This document shows positions 26,558 through 38,336 of a stretch of 64,000 nt of DNA, piece by piece; position 1 is the first letter of the stretch; every line of letters starts with the position of its first letter. The translations under genes and the position numbers were made by a program. The notes under the pieces are model-generated. The model worked only from the letters and a program-made list of their open reading frames with translations, did not search any database and was not told the origin of the DNA. The DNA is from Rhizodiscina lignyota (taxonomy: Eukaryota). The stretch covers positions 2,046,001 to 2,110,000 of the forward strand of contig ML978121.1 of assembly GCA_010015805.1 (NCBI GenBank), in the 5' to 3' direction.

Positions 26558-27052
26558 ATGAAGAAGTTGAATAGTATTCTCGAACACGACTGTCGTAGAC
26601 CTTATTCCGCTCCAGACTTGCTGGAGAAGTTATCGGAGGAGAATTTCGCCGGAGGTGATTTCGTTCTGGCGTTGAAATGGATTGACGATGACAATCGAGG
26701 TCCTCGAACGGGCGAAATTATGTCGAGATCCGTCTAAGCGGGAATATTTCACACACTACAAATGGGCTTTGCAGAATTTGCATTCGTCAATCGCGAGCTT
26801 GCGAGAGCCTCAGGTGATTTTGATGCACTGAGGCTAAAATCAATGGCACTTATCGCCGCGGCGAAGGCTGGATTGATGGCGAGAGATTTGAGAGACACTA
26901 TGTGTCAGAGGGCAGTCGTAAGGCAAGACGCTATTTGCAATCCAAAGTTTGTTGAAGTGGTTCCTGAAGATGGTGAGTTGGCGCACGAAGAGGTTCTCAG
27001 AAGGCTACATGAGACACGGGGTTGGGGTCTTCCATTTGTAAACGATACTTAA
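26558..27052 (+). pseudogene. Stop-interrupted paralog of the novel helical family (member P1)
   Basis: The frame from ATG 26558 (MKKLNSILEHDC...FVLALKWIDDDNR) has a single TAA at 26735-26737 and continues in frame into the 26762 ORF (FAFVNRELARASG...EVLRRLHETRGW). It is colinear with the 27459 ORF. Confidence 0.65.
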
Positions 27053-27458
27053 TAGTTGATGCCCCAACCGGTCCGTAGTACATACAGTAAGTCAAATTTC
27101 AGTTGTACAGTTATGGGTGATGTATGACTTCAGGGCATTGGGCGGCAGATCGGTAGTGATCAGGAGTAACGTTTGCTCATTGGAATCGGGAATCTTGGAG
27201 TCGGGTTACTTTGAAGGCCAAATGATGAATAGCAAATGGAGTGTTGACTTTGGGTTTTGGCTGATGGTTAGGCGGCATTGCCCTTCGTCACCGGGACTGT
27301 TTGTCTATCATGTAGTTGCCAAAGGGATATAACTCTGCAAAGTGCCAGTCCTTAACCTGTCGCTCATATTGAGAATAAGTGAAACCGCTGAGAATAAAAC
27401 TGTTTCATTTGCCCGAAGACATATCGCTAGTTGAACTAATCTCTGAGCAACGGCAAGT

Positions 27459-28067
27459 ATGGAGACTGATGGTTCCATGAAGGAGCTTTCCATGAAGAAA
27501 CTCCGTAATCTTCTTGAGAAGCTTTGCTCAGATTCGTTGGATCGGAACAAAAAAGAACAACTGATAAAGGCTATTATGCTAATCAGAGCGGATGCTTCGA
27601 CTCTCCTACAAGCTCTTAAATGGCTCGACGATGATATCCGGGTTCTCAATTTGTGGAACGCTTTTCTCGTAGAGAAGCAGCGCGCAACGGATGCGTTAGA
27701 AAGCGAACCATCCATTCAACGGGAAATTCCAATGTCGGAGTTCCACTGGGCTTTGATAGATCGAGAAATCAGCCGACTTTGGGGCAACCAGTCTGCTGTC
27801 GACCGGATGCTTCGATACAGACTGTACGAAGACTGGCCGGTAAATGGGGAGGATGATAAATTGAAGCTAACGATAAAGAAGGCTTTGATAGCAAAAGTAC
27901 GGGAACGACAACAAGTGGTACGTGATCTGGATGTGCTGAGTAGGGACCAGATCCTTGATGACCTGGAAGGCACTGTTCTTGATGGAGTTCACTTCAGAAG
28001 TCCGGGTAGTCGGGATCATGGTACAGGCTGGACATGCTCGCCTGATTTGAGCGAAGCAGAGACCTAG
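27459..28067 (+). CDS. Uncharacterised helical protein, novel family member P2
   Basis: 202-aa intronless ORF with motifs LQALKWLDDDIRV, HWALIDREISR and ALIAKVRERQQVVRD shared with neighbouring ORFs. Confidence 0.7.
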   Translation: METDGSMKELSMKKLRNLLEKLCSDSLDRNKKEQLIKAIMLIRADASTLLQALKWLDDDIRVLNLWNAFLVEKQRATDALESEPSIQREIPMSEFHWALIDREISRLWGNQSAVDRMLRYRLYEDWPVNGEDDKLKLTIKKALIAKVRERQQVVRDLDVLSRDQILDDLEGTVLDGVHFRSPGSRDHGTGWTCSPDLSEAET

Positions 28068-29758
28068 ATATATCGGATGCTTACGTGGGCTCTCTCACAT
28101 TTGTTGTCTAGTACGAATGGATGCGCTGGAAATGTGTGCTTTGGAGTATGATTCTCTGTCGGAACACGAATGTCTGGTTGAAATGCAGTTGATTAGGGCG
28201 ATCTTATTAAGCAGCGACAGTTGACTACATACTACGTGAACATCAAGACATTAACTAACCACTCTACTACGGCCCAGAGTCTTGATTTCTATTACAATCC
28301 TACAATTCTTATTGCCTGTTGCTGATCAATTTTATTGTTTAAGCTGTTTGCTCCTCCGAATGGTGTTCAATAGATTAAAAGCCATCCTACGTCGCGGTCG
28401 TTGAGACAAGCATCGGGTGCGGCAACGAGTGCAAGATTCTAATAATTTAGAATGGGAAGCACAGAAAAAGGCCCTGAGGCGAAAACCATCTACCAGAGAA
28501 AGTGTATTGAGTTGCGCCATCTACAGACTACAGCAGTCGGACATACTTGCTACAGGCCCAGTCAAAGTTCTTTTGGAGCCTTCCTGGAGAACTAAAATCT
28601 CATATATGAATACACGCTCGTATGCCCCGATCATGTAGTCCACTTGATGGTTATCGAACATAGACTGGCTTGCTGCGTATGCTGGGATCCTCAGAAATAG
28701 TGGTTTCTGGAGCCATTGCGCGAAATTAAGGTGTCTGATTCCGAAGTAGTGCTATATCTCCCGGTCAAGCAGCCCGTCCTTGATTCTCTTTGGTGATCTT
28801 CCGTACAGACTCATGCTCACAGAATCCACTTCTAGTCGGCATTGTCAAGGGTGCTCAGATTGTCCACCAGAAACAAATTTCGAACGGGCTGGAAGAATTT
28901 CGTGAGCGTAGACAGTAAGACAATCCATCTTACAAGCTACTTAAACAGCTTGGACCAATCAACCTGTCTATTTCGGCATAGATTAATGATTTAATTTCAA
29001 ACATGAGGACTGAGGATCAGATTTTGCATCCTTCTTGCTTGCGAGCATACGAACAGGCTTGGTTGTCGTGATCCGTCTGGAACAGTTGGTACTGGTTCTC
29101 TCAATGGATGTTGCTCAGCCGGTTGCTGTATCCACGCGAACTCACTGCGAGCATATTAGTTTCAAGCTCCGGCACCAACCTATGAACCTTGGGACGCCCA
29201 CGGTGACCTCTGCAACACATTGGGCGTTAAGTCCACCACACATTGTATGCTTTAGTGAATATAGTCGATGTAGCAATCTATTTCACCTTTTCATAGATGC
29301 TCCTCTAGCAAAGCCGGCCCTTTGCAAAGTGGGGATGATAAACTGCAAGCTATATACGTACAAACACGAAGCGGATGATGTTCCACTGAATCTGGGTTGT
29401 GATATAAGTTCTCCCTTTTCGCTTTTTGAGTCACATTCTGTATCAAATGCGTTAGCTCCGAATTCATATAAGCTTTTAAAAAGTGAAATAGATACACGTC
29501 GAATCCTGTAGCCACTTGATCATCGATAGCGTAGAAGACCCCAATTCATAATTTCATGGTAACGTAACACTGGGTGGGCATTGAGCGGTTAGAATCGGAG
29601 AGAAGCGCGGCTGCAAATTGCATTTGGAGCCAGATAGAATGGGCATATTGTGTTGTTTACGCACTGGTGCCTGAGAGGTAAAACACGTAATTTCGCTCCC
29701 CTTAGGCTCTGAAATTTATGGTGAGCTACCAAATTGAATTGAGAGCGAAGAACACCTT

Positions 29759-29764
29759 TATAAA
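29759..29764 (+). promoter_or_regulatory. Putative TATA box for P3
   Basis: TATAAA about 25 nt before the minisatellite and about 170 nt before the ATG at 29933. Confidence 0.5.
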
Positions 29765-29789
29765 TTTTTCTTGCAGATGCTCCATCGTT

Positions 29790-29929
29790 CCAAAATCATC
29801 CAGCTCCAAAACCCACAGCTCCAAAATCATCCAGCTTCAAAACCCACAGCTCCAAATTCCCCAGCTCCAAAATCATCCAGCTCCAAAACCCACAGCTCCA
29901 AAACCATCCAGCTCCAAACCCATCCAACT
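29790..29929 (+). repeat. Minisatellite of nine 15/16-nt units (CCAAAATCATCCAGCT / CCAAAACCCACAGCT)
   Basis: Units are directly visible, and the array ends 3 nt before the ATG at 29933. Confidence 0.9.
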
Positions 29930-29932
29930 ACG

Positions 29933-30505
29933 ATGGCGCAACAGCAGCAGATTCAAAGGTGGGCCGAAAGCAACGGAGCCAGATTCCTCAAAACTTTACT
30001 TGATATCGCAGACGATAATGAGTTCGAACAAGCCTTCGCACAAATGTACACCCTCCCCCTGAACAACAACCTCTTCCGCGAGGTCGACCTCTGGATTGCC
30101 ACACGGTGGATCACAACAGAAGTCGAGATCATAGTAGCTCAGAAAGAGTATCATCGCATGGTTCTCGACTGGACACATTACGAAAACAACGGCACGCTGC
30201 CTATTGGCGAGAATCGCGAGATGTTGATGGAAGAACTGGGAAGGACGAGGCAGGCACTTCTCAATGCCAGAGCACGCCTGAGCGAAGTCAGGCCGGACCG
30301 TCCCGAGGACGAACGTGCCATGATACAGGCAGCGGCGACAGACTCGGACGCGAGGGTGATGGAGGGATGGAGGATGCAGGAGCCGCTGCTCAAGGCGGCA
30401 ATGAAACGTCGAGATTTGCTGCGGGACAGCAAAGAGTCGCGCTGGATGGCGGCCGGGACGCTCGACTTCCTTCGGAGGAAGGGATGGCTCGCGCTGTCGG
30501 AATAA
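29933..30505 (+). CDS. Uncharacterised helical protein, novel family member P3
   Basis: 190 aa from MAQQQQIQRW, with motifs LWIATRWITTEVEIIVAQKEYHR, RQALLNARAR, LLKAAMKRRDLLRD and GTLDFLRRKGWL. Confidence 0.75.
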   Translation: MAQQQQIQRWAESNGARFLKTLLDIADDNEFEQAFAQMYTLPLNNNLFREVDLWIATRWITTEVEIIVAQKEYHRMVLDWTHYENNGTLPIGENREMLMEELGRTRQALLNARARLSEVRPDRPEDERAMIQAAATDSDARVMEGWRMQEPLLKAAMKRRDLLRDSKESRWMAAGTLDFLRRKGWLALSE

Positions 30506-31084
30506 CTCAAGGTGAGCGACTTTCCTGGTGCAAATGTTAGAAGACAATTACTAACTTGCCAAGGCACAAGGGAAAGTGTGCACGAGCTTCCTCTCGGCGA
30601 CGATTGGTGATTCAGTACTCTTCGAAAGAGTCGGGAGCTGTGGCCCTCAGTTTTGGGTTGGTATTGTCGGTGACTTTAAGATAAGCATCATTTTGTAGAG
30701 AGTGTCATTCTCTCATCCAGGTGGAATGAAGAAACTTCATGATATGACCTTCCTTTCTTCCGGAAATGTGAAACATAAATTGAGAATACGGGATAAGACG
30801 ATACTAGAAAGTGAAAAGTGCTAGAGTGGTACTAACGAGACTTCAGAGCTTCGACAGAGACATCAACACTATCAAGAGGAGTATATTCAAGGATTAAACG
30901 TTCGCGATGGACTGACAATTAGGAGGTGATGTTGCGAAAGAACAAAAGGCAGGATCGTCAGCCTCGGCCCAAGCCACCAACCCTCCGCAACGGCTCCGCA
31001 GTCTGACGTTGTATAACAAGTACCAAGTCTAAGGCCAATTGATCACGGTATTTTCACTTGTTCGTTTGTTAGAGATGGTCCGAA

Positions 31085-32978
31085 ATGGCTACACCAACAG
31101 GCGAGAAGATTATTGCTCAGGCTCTTCGTGACCTCGGAGTAACGGTGGTCTTTGGCCTCGTCGGCCTGCCCGTTGCAGGCATTGCAGAGGAGGTGATTAA
31201 TCTTGGGATACGTTTCGTCGCCTTCAGGAATGAACAAGCAGCCAGTTATGCAGCTACAGCTTATGGATACCTAAGAGGCAAACCAGGCGTGTGCTTGCTA
31301 GTTGGAGGGCCGGGGATGCTACACGGAATAGCTGGGGTAAGTCACCTTTCCCAATCCGGACAATTATCTAACAGCTTTCCAATAGATCGGAAATGCTTCT
31401 GAAAATGGGTTTCCTACACTGTTCCTTGGAGGAGCTTCTGAGCGCGATCTCGATACGAAAGGCGCCTTTCAGGAAATGAAGACGGTGCCGCTCCTGACTC
31501 CACACACGAAATCCGCCGTACGCCCGTCTTCAAACCAGCCAGATGTGATAGTAGACGCAATCTATAATGCATACCGGATATGTGCTTTCGGTCGGCCTGG
31601 GCCAACATTCGTAGATCTCCCAGCGGACTTGATCATGAACGCACAGCCGGAAGGTACAAAAGCGAGGCCGCGAGCAATGATACAGGCGCCGCCTCGTCCG
31701 GCTGCAGAACAGGACTTGATTGTGAAAGCATCAAATCTTCTAAAATCTGCCAAGGCACCTCTAGTGATCGTTGGCAAAGGGGCTGCATTGGCACGAGCAG
31801 AAGGACCCATCAACGACCTCATCGCTTCTGCGAACTTACCTTTCCTTCCAACACCAATGGGCAAGGGTGTGGTACCGGACTCATCACCACTGAACACGTC
31901 TTCTGCGCGATCCGCTGCTCTGAAGGAGGCTGACGTAGTGCTTCTTCTCGGCGGTCGTCTCAATTGGATTTTGCATTATGGTGCAGCTCCAAAGTTCAGG
32001 AGTGATGTCAAAATCATTCAGGTTGACATCTCTGCTGAAGCTCTCGGACATACCAACAGTGCCGGGCATCCATCATTGAGCATTCTAGCAGATATTGCCG
32101 TGGCCGTTCAGCAACTCAATACCGCTCTTCGAGGTTGGAAGTATCTTCCGAAACCATCATTGAAATCCAACGACGCCAGTTCGTATGCTGGAAAGTTATC
32201 AACAGCGGCGGCAAGGAATGAGCAGAAGAATCGCGTACTAGAACTTTCTCCTACGGAATCTGGAGCTCATATGACATATCAACGTGTCTACTACATCATT
32301 CGCTCGGTGTTTAATTCCTTTTCCACTTCCTCAAAAGGAACGAATGATTCTGTCGTGTTGGTTTCCGAAGGCGCTGCGACCATGGACATTTCTCGCTCCT
32401 CTTTTCCGCTGTCATTACCTCGACACCGTCTCGATGCTGGCACATATGCGACAATGGGTGTTGGTATGGGCTATGCTATCGCTGCCTGGGCTGCTTACAA
32501 CTACCCCCATCCTGAGGATTCCGGTAACGCACAGAGAAAGAAGATTGTCGCAGTGGAGGGCGACTCGGCTTTTGGTTTTAGTGGCATGGAAATCGAGACC
32601 ATGGCTAGATGCGGTATGGATGTGTTGATAATTGTGATGAACAACTCCGGTATCTATCATGGCGATGCTAAGACTGCAAATGAATGGGACGAGATGCGGA
32701 AGCAGACTCTTGCCGGCGGTCAGGGTATCAAGAAGAACAAGAGACTCAGTGCCACTTCATTGACGTACAATACACGCTATGAAAAGATGGCAGAGATGGT
32801 AGACGGACGCGGATGGTTTGTGCAGACTGAAGCTGAGCTTGAAAACGCCGTGAGGGAAGCATACCAGGAGAGGCAGAAGGTCTGTCTCGTGAACGTGGTA
32901 GTGGAGCCTGGTCTTGACAATCCCGTGAATTTCGCTTGGGAGTCAAAACAGCCGAAGCAGGAAGAGGCAAAGCTTTAA
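31085..32978 (+). CDS. 2-hydroxyacyl-CoA lyase (ThDP-dependent, peroxisomal)
   Basis: [37 protein letters not shown], ThDP motif [11 protein letters not shown]...NN, and C-terminal PTS1 -AKL. Intron at about 31337-31386. Confidence 0.92.
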
Positions 32979-33565
32979 AATTGGAGATTTAACAGTCATT
33001 GATACATATAACTACGATAGATAAGAATAGGAAAAAAGAGTCGTTCCGTGACACTCTTTCGCTCAGGAGAAGCCTACACGTGGCCTAGCCGCTACTCTAT
33101 GTTCACCGCGTGTCACGTGTGTACAGCTCGCCTAAACGTCACTAAAGTTCGGCTATACGTCCAAAAATGGTAAAGCGCGATAAAAAAAAAGTATACTTGG
33201 CACCAGGAGGTGGCTTGCCGGCGTATAGATCAGCCCCCCGACGTATGATCACCTTCTGCTTCTGTAAACCTCGACGAATTCCAAGCCTTAGGCGAGGTTT
33301 AGCCACATAGGCGAGCAAAATCCACCTCAGCATTGGAGGCCTCCAGCAGCCATATGGGACAAGGAAGCCTCTATCACCAACTATGTGCATGTTTGAGATA
33401 TCAACAAACCATTAATGGTGCTATGAGAGTATGGAAGGCTAGTTAGCTCCACGCTCATCGTCGTCTTCCGGGCTCCCAATGTCAACGTTTGCGTCCACCA
33501 ATGCCTGACGAGAAAGGCAGGCTTTTAGTGCATATGCACTGCTAATCTCACATCTGGGCATTCTT

Positions 33566-35485
33566 ATGGCGAGTGGGTATGAGTACAAACCTCTGAATCC
33601 CGACCGTCGAGAGTTCAGAGCTTTGCAGCTGCCGCCGCAGGACGCCTTGGACTCAGAACCTCTGAAATGCACCGTTCAGCACCTTTCGCTCGACGACGAA
33701 GAATGCCCCGAATACATGGCAATGTCTTACGCGTGGGGCGATCCCACTGCTACCCACACAATTCGTCTTCATGATGACATTGTTTCTGTGCCGGCGAATG
33801 CAGAGCTGGCCATTCGAGGACTCGTCAACATCCAGACGCATCTATCTTCCAATCATACTGAACGCCAGTCCGGGAAAATAGAATCCAGCAAGCCGTCTTG
33901 GACTTCCAGAGAGCTTAGGAAAGGCTTCATTGTTTGGATAGATGCAATAAGTATCAATCAACTGTCCGTGGACGAGCGCAATAGCCAGGTGTTCCTCATG
34001 CAGCATATTTATGCTCGTGCATCTCACGTTGTAATATGGTTAGGCGAAGACAGTGACGGAACTACCGGAGCTGCAATCAGGTCCATGAATCATATATTCG
34101 ATTACGTGTTCGATCAGATCAAGGACAAAGACGACACACAATCCTATGAGAAAATGAGCTCATACCTCTGGCGCTACAGCGAGGACGGTCACCGCAAGAT
34201 AAGGTACTCTGATCTCGAATTCCTGGACGATAGTGCCATCGACTGGCCCGCTATTCGATCCTTTTTCTCGTCCCCGTGGTTTCTGCGGCTTTGGGTGATC
34301 CAAGAAGTAGTTCTTGCGAGGCATAACGTTCTCTGTATACGTGGGAAGTGGCACATTATGTGGTTTGCTGTTGGATTTACTGCTCGATTGATGGAATCAG
34401 GGAAGTGGTTCTACAAAGCTGGTGGTCCCCTACAAGGAGTCTCGAATGCCGCGGACATCTTTGATCTGCAGTTCAGCCACAAGAGTGTGCCTGGCGTTTT
34501 AACTAACAGTGTTACGTTCAAAGCTACTGAACCAAAAGACAAGGTCTATGGCCTCCTCGGTCTACTACAAAACGTGAAGGACTTTCAGAATATATCTCAC
34601 CATCTGATCCCAGACTATTCGAAATCACTTGCAGAAGTTTATATCGGCGCTACGCGTGCCGCTCTCGAATTGGCACAGAACCTGGGAATTCTGGATCTTG
34701 TCGACGTATTACACCCTGAGAAGCGAAACGATGATCAAGGCACGGATAGGATTCCGTCATGGGTTCCGCGATTCGACTGGACCTTTGATGCTCAGCTTAG
34801 CTCGCCTTCGACGATCCAGGCTGATTACGTATCGGGGGCAGATAACGGCGAACCTCTGCAATACTCAAATGACAACAACAGCTTTTCTGTCTTGCGTGTC
34901 CGCGGCTTGATCGTTGATGAAGTGTCCGAGTATACCAAACCAATCCAACCCTCGCTATGGGGGGATCTCTACAGTCTGGCAGAGCGCATTGCGGACAGCT
35001 TGATGCTCGCTAAACAGTCTTCACCGGGCCTTACGGACACTGAGCGAATAAAGGCATGGAGTATTGTGCTGGCTGCAGGATTGAATAACGAACGATCGAA
35101 CGCAATGAATGACAATGGTTTCCAAGCTGACAGTTGGGCTTTCATCGAGCATATGCGGACACACATGGTGGAAGGCCACGTACCAGAGAATACTACAGGC
35201 GACTGGAAGAGATTTTCGTCCACAATCATTGGCAATTCTTGGAACAGGATTTTCTTCATTACGAAAGGAGGCAGGATGGCGCTTGGCCCGCCGGGACTTG
35301 TAAAGGGAGATAAAATTGTCATCCTGTTCGGATCGGGCATACCGCATCTTTTGCGTCAGCAGCAGGGCTGTTGGACATTTATAGGGAGTGCATACGTGCA
35401 AGGTATCATGCAGGGAGAACATGTACGAAAGTTGTCAGACGAAGGGCAGCTTCGAAACAAGACATCGACTTTTGATATTCAGTAG
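33566..35485 (+). CDS. Heterokaryon incompatibility (HET) domain protein, HET-6-like architecture
   Basis: YKPL...R..L.P, YMAMSYAWGDP, WIDAISINQ...ERNSQVFLMQHIYARASHVVIWLG, WFLRLWVIQEVVLA, ATEPKDKVYGLLGL, PSWVPRF, and C-terminal GRMALGP...GDKIVILFG...FIGSAYVQGIMQGE. Confidence 0.93.
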   Translation: MASGYEYKPLNPDRREFRALQLPPQDALDSEPLKCTVQHLSLDDEECPEYMAMSYAWGDPTATHTIRLHDDIVSVPANAELAIRGLVNIQTHLSSNHTERQSGKIESSKPSWTSRELRKGFIVWIDAISINQLSVDERNSQVFLMQHIYARASHVVIWLGEDSDGTTGAAIRSMNHIFDYVFDQIKDKDDTQSYEKMSSYLWRYSEDGHRKIRYSDLEFLDDSAIDWPAIRSFFSSPWFLRLWVIQEVVLARHNVLCIRGKWHIMWFAVGFTARLMESGKWFYKAGGPLQGVSNAADIFDLQFSHKSVPGVLTNSVTFKATEPKDKVYGLLGLLQNVKDFQNISHHLIPDYSKSLAEVYIGATRAALELAQNLGILDLVDVLHPEKRNDDQGTDRIPSWVPRFDWTFDAQLSSPSTIQADYVSGADNGEPLQYSNDNNSFSVLRVRGLIVDEVSEYTKPIQPSLWGDLYSLAERIADSLMLAKQSSPGLTDTERIKAWSIVLAAGLNNERSNAMNDNGFQADSWAFIEHMRTHMVEGHVPENTTGDWKRFSSTIIGNSWNRIFFITKGGRMALGPPGLVKGDKIVILFGSGIPHLLRQQQGCWTFIGSAYVQGIMQGEHVRKLSDEGQLRNKTSTFDIQ

Positions 35486-35849
35486 CACGCCGCGAACGTC
35501 GAGCTATTCACGCTGCAAACACATCCCGGGATTTTTCAGCTTAGATTTTTTCCAGAGTCAAGCTGCGTCACATCGAATTCGTCGATGCGAAGGAGGTAAG
35601 AGGGAAGCGCTACTGAGATCGGCCTTCAGAAGAGCTCTTCGAGGAAATGATTTTAACAGAGTTTTTCTAAAAGAAAAATGGACAAAGATATATCACCCAT
35701 ACGCCCAACGAGGTTAGTCGCGCATCTGCACCGCTCCTTCCTAATTTGGAAGTTGAGTTACGTCCGATTGTTCATTGCTTTTGACTACTTTACGTCCCTG
35801 CTTCTCCAATGTTCTTCTTGACCATCTGCAACCACCTTGATCAGAAGTC

Positions 35850-36660
35850 ATGCGTGTTCGACCTATGACCTATTTCGACGTCAGAGTCGTCGCGGACATT
35901 GGGAAGGAAACCTTTGCCAACGACGAGCTCTTCGCTTGGCTCTATCCGTACAAGGATCAATATCCCAATGATAGCACCCGCTGGCAGCTGCTGCGTTTAC
36001 GTACGCGGCTCGTAGAACGAGGGTCACATGGATTTGTTTCCGAGACTGAGCCTGGCGATGACGGATGGGATGCGACTATTGGACCCGTCGTTGTGGGATA
36101 TGTATTTTTCATTGTGAAGGGTAGTGGTAAGGAGGCGCAGAAATGGCGGGCGGATTCTCTAATGAATAGTAAGTCGTGTTCGAGTGAATGCGACATGATC
36201 ATTCCGCAAGAGTCTGTGCTTATAATTGCCTGCAGAAATAGAGAGATACCTGCTAGGCTGGGAGGTGTATTATGAGCAAACGTTGTTACAGCGCGCTATG
36301 GATCCGAAGGCACTTGAAATGTATGCAAACCTTAAACAATTCAGTATCTACAGAACGCTTGACGAATACTGGTACCTCGGCCTTCTAGGTGTGGATCCGA
36401 AGTACCAACGTCGAGGCATCGGGGCAAAACTTGTGAAGCACGGTTTCAGCATAGCTCGAGAGGGAGAACTTCCTATGGCGCTGGAGGCAACTGTATCGGG
36501 ACAAGCTCTATATTCAAAGCTCGGATTCAAGACGATACAGAAATTGAAGATCGGACCATTATCGGAAGAAATCGCTACAATGCTGTGGGAGCCGGAGTCG
36601 CTGAAGGGAAGGTGGCTTGAGGAGGAGAAAGAAGGAATTGCAAAACTGAAAGTACCGTAA
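35850..36660 (+). CDS. GNAT-family N-acetyltransferase (2 exons)
   Basis: Intron 36169-36235. Acetyl-CoA motif YLGLLGVDPKYQRRGIGAKLV and LEATVSGQALYSKLGF. Confidence 0.9.
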
Positions 36661-36835
36661 GCTAGTTGTTACTCCGGGGATATAGAAAGATCCTTGAGAT
36701 CCGTTGCTATGTTCAAGGAGTCGATCTGCTACACTCTTCTTCGTAGCAGACTCACGACTGAAACGGAAGTGGTTATAGGTGAGATTACTTTCCACGCAAG
36801 AATATTCCGCTATGAAATACGACATTACATGTTTG

Positions 36836-37864
36836 CTACGCTAGCGATTTGTCTAACCCGGTCTCAGTGCTCTCACTACTAATGCCTAGCTCTACGTCAG
36901 GCTCACCAAACCACTTTCCATCCTGCAACCACAGTATCACCTCCCCGCACCAAACGTCCAAATCTTCCCAAGAAAGCCACTCCGCACGCTTCTCAATTGC
37001 CTCCAACAACACCCGAATAAGGTCGCGCATGTACACCAATTTCATCGACTCATCATCTGACCGCAGCCATGGTCCGACCATTGATCGGGCAAAGTCCAGA
37101 ACTTCTTCTGTGCATGCCAGCTTATCAACCCGAGCAAACGACCGATTGAGAAGCGCCTGACGCCTTCCCCATTTCGCATCGCTTCGTTTTATACGATTAG
37201 CTACCGACGGGTCGCGCTTCGATGCTTCCTTCACTTGGTGGTACGCTAATTGGGCAGCGAAGACTGCGTTGTCATCGGTCGCCCATTTCCATGCCAAGAT
37301 GAGGTACTCTGGCCCATTATCATCCGCGATATCGTCCAAGCGATGTATAGTTTCCATATGCAGTCTCCTGTCGCCCTTGCTTGCGCCGTTGGCGTAGCGT
37401 TGCAGCCAGGCAGTGAGCTCGAGCCATTCTGTACTCGCATGCCAGCTGAATTTGGTTTGTTCTTCTCGGCGCGTGGTATTGTTCGCTTGAGTTGATGTCG
37501 GTTTGATAGCCGGAGGCGATCCTACAGGCGGTAAAGGAGTCATTTGGAGCCAGGGAGGTACTGTGGTAGCATCGTTGAAAGGTAGTGAAGTTGTAGTACT
37601 CGTGTTCTGAACCTTCTTTACCTCCAGTGAGGCAGCTTTGGATTTCCAGTGCGGCTCACGACTGGCCACTCTCGCTGCAATACTGGGCGGCAGGGAATGT
37701 GAGGCTGAGTGTGCTAGAGAGACAAATTCTTGCGGAGCATTATCAACAAATGCAGCAGCCGCAGTGTCGATTTTAAGGTTTAACTCTTTTCGATCGTTTG
37801 ACTTTTCACTCGGAGAGCTTTGTGCCCGTCGAAGAGCTGGAAATGAAGTGTAAATACTTGCCAT
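36836..37864 (-). CDS. Uncharacterised protein: disordered N-terminal extension plus novel family domain (member P4)
   Basis: 342-aa ORF whose C-terminal ~200 aa carry LILAWKWATDDNAVFAAQLAYHQ, RQALLNRSFAR, LLEAIEKRAEWL and EVILWLQDGKWF. Confidence 0.8.
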   Translation of the reverse strand: MASIYTSFPALRRAQSSPSEKSNDRKELNLKIDTAAAAFVDNAPQEFVSLAHSASHSLPPSIAARVASREPHWKSKAASLEVKKVQNTSTTTSLPFNDATTVPPWLQMTPLPPVGSPPAIKPTSTQANNTTRREEQTKFSWHASTEWLELTAWLQRYANGASKGDRRLHMETIHRLDDIADDNGPEYLILAWKWATDDNAVFAAQLAYHQVKEASKRDPSVANRIKRSDAKWGRRQALLNRSFARVDKLACTEEVLDFARSMVGPWLRSDDESMKLVYMRDLIRVLLEAIEKRAEWLSWEDLDVWCGEVILWLQDGKWFGEPDVELGISSESTETGLDKSLA

Positions 37865-38336
37865 GGCAGCAGTACAACAAAGATTACGAATGGAAATCTC
37901 TCATTTGATTGCACAAACGCTAGAGTTTTGAGTCGTGGCAAATATCATTTATTTAAAGAGGTAGCGGCCGCCGGATATATGGCATGGCGCTTGCGGCCCA
38001 GGTTTCTGTTGAGCGTCTGTCACTGGACTTCGGGCTACGCCAATGGTCAATGCCATAGATGCCCGGGCCGAAAGTACGATTTGTGTCTCTTTGAAGTGAT
38101 GCCCCTTTCACAAACTTTGTGAGTATACTATATGGTTACTGTTAGCACGGAGAAGGTGATAAACCTTTTACTCTACACGAAAGTGGAATGCACATATTCA
38201 ATAAAAGCTGAAGACGCGAGTCGAGTGAGTCTTACCAGGAAGCAGAATCTGCCACAAAATTGCCTCCTGCTGCTGAGATATCATTAACATAGCCCCAGAA
38301 AGGCATGAACAGTCGCGTCTTGTAAGATGGGAATTC

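Noticed and set aside
28360..28800. Another member of the novel family between P2 and P3
   Set aside because: A stop-riddled frame begins MVFNRLKAIL, but motifs A-D could not be found.
29790..29929. CRISPR-like or telomere-like array
   Set aside because: Units are contiguous with no unique spacers, the context is eukaryotic, and the unit is not TTAGGG-like.
31085..36660. Secondary-metabolite cluster (ThDP lyase plus GNAT)
   Set aside because: No backbone synthase, transporter or cluster regulator in the window.
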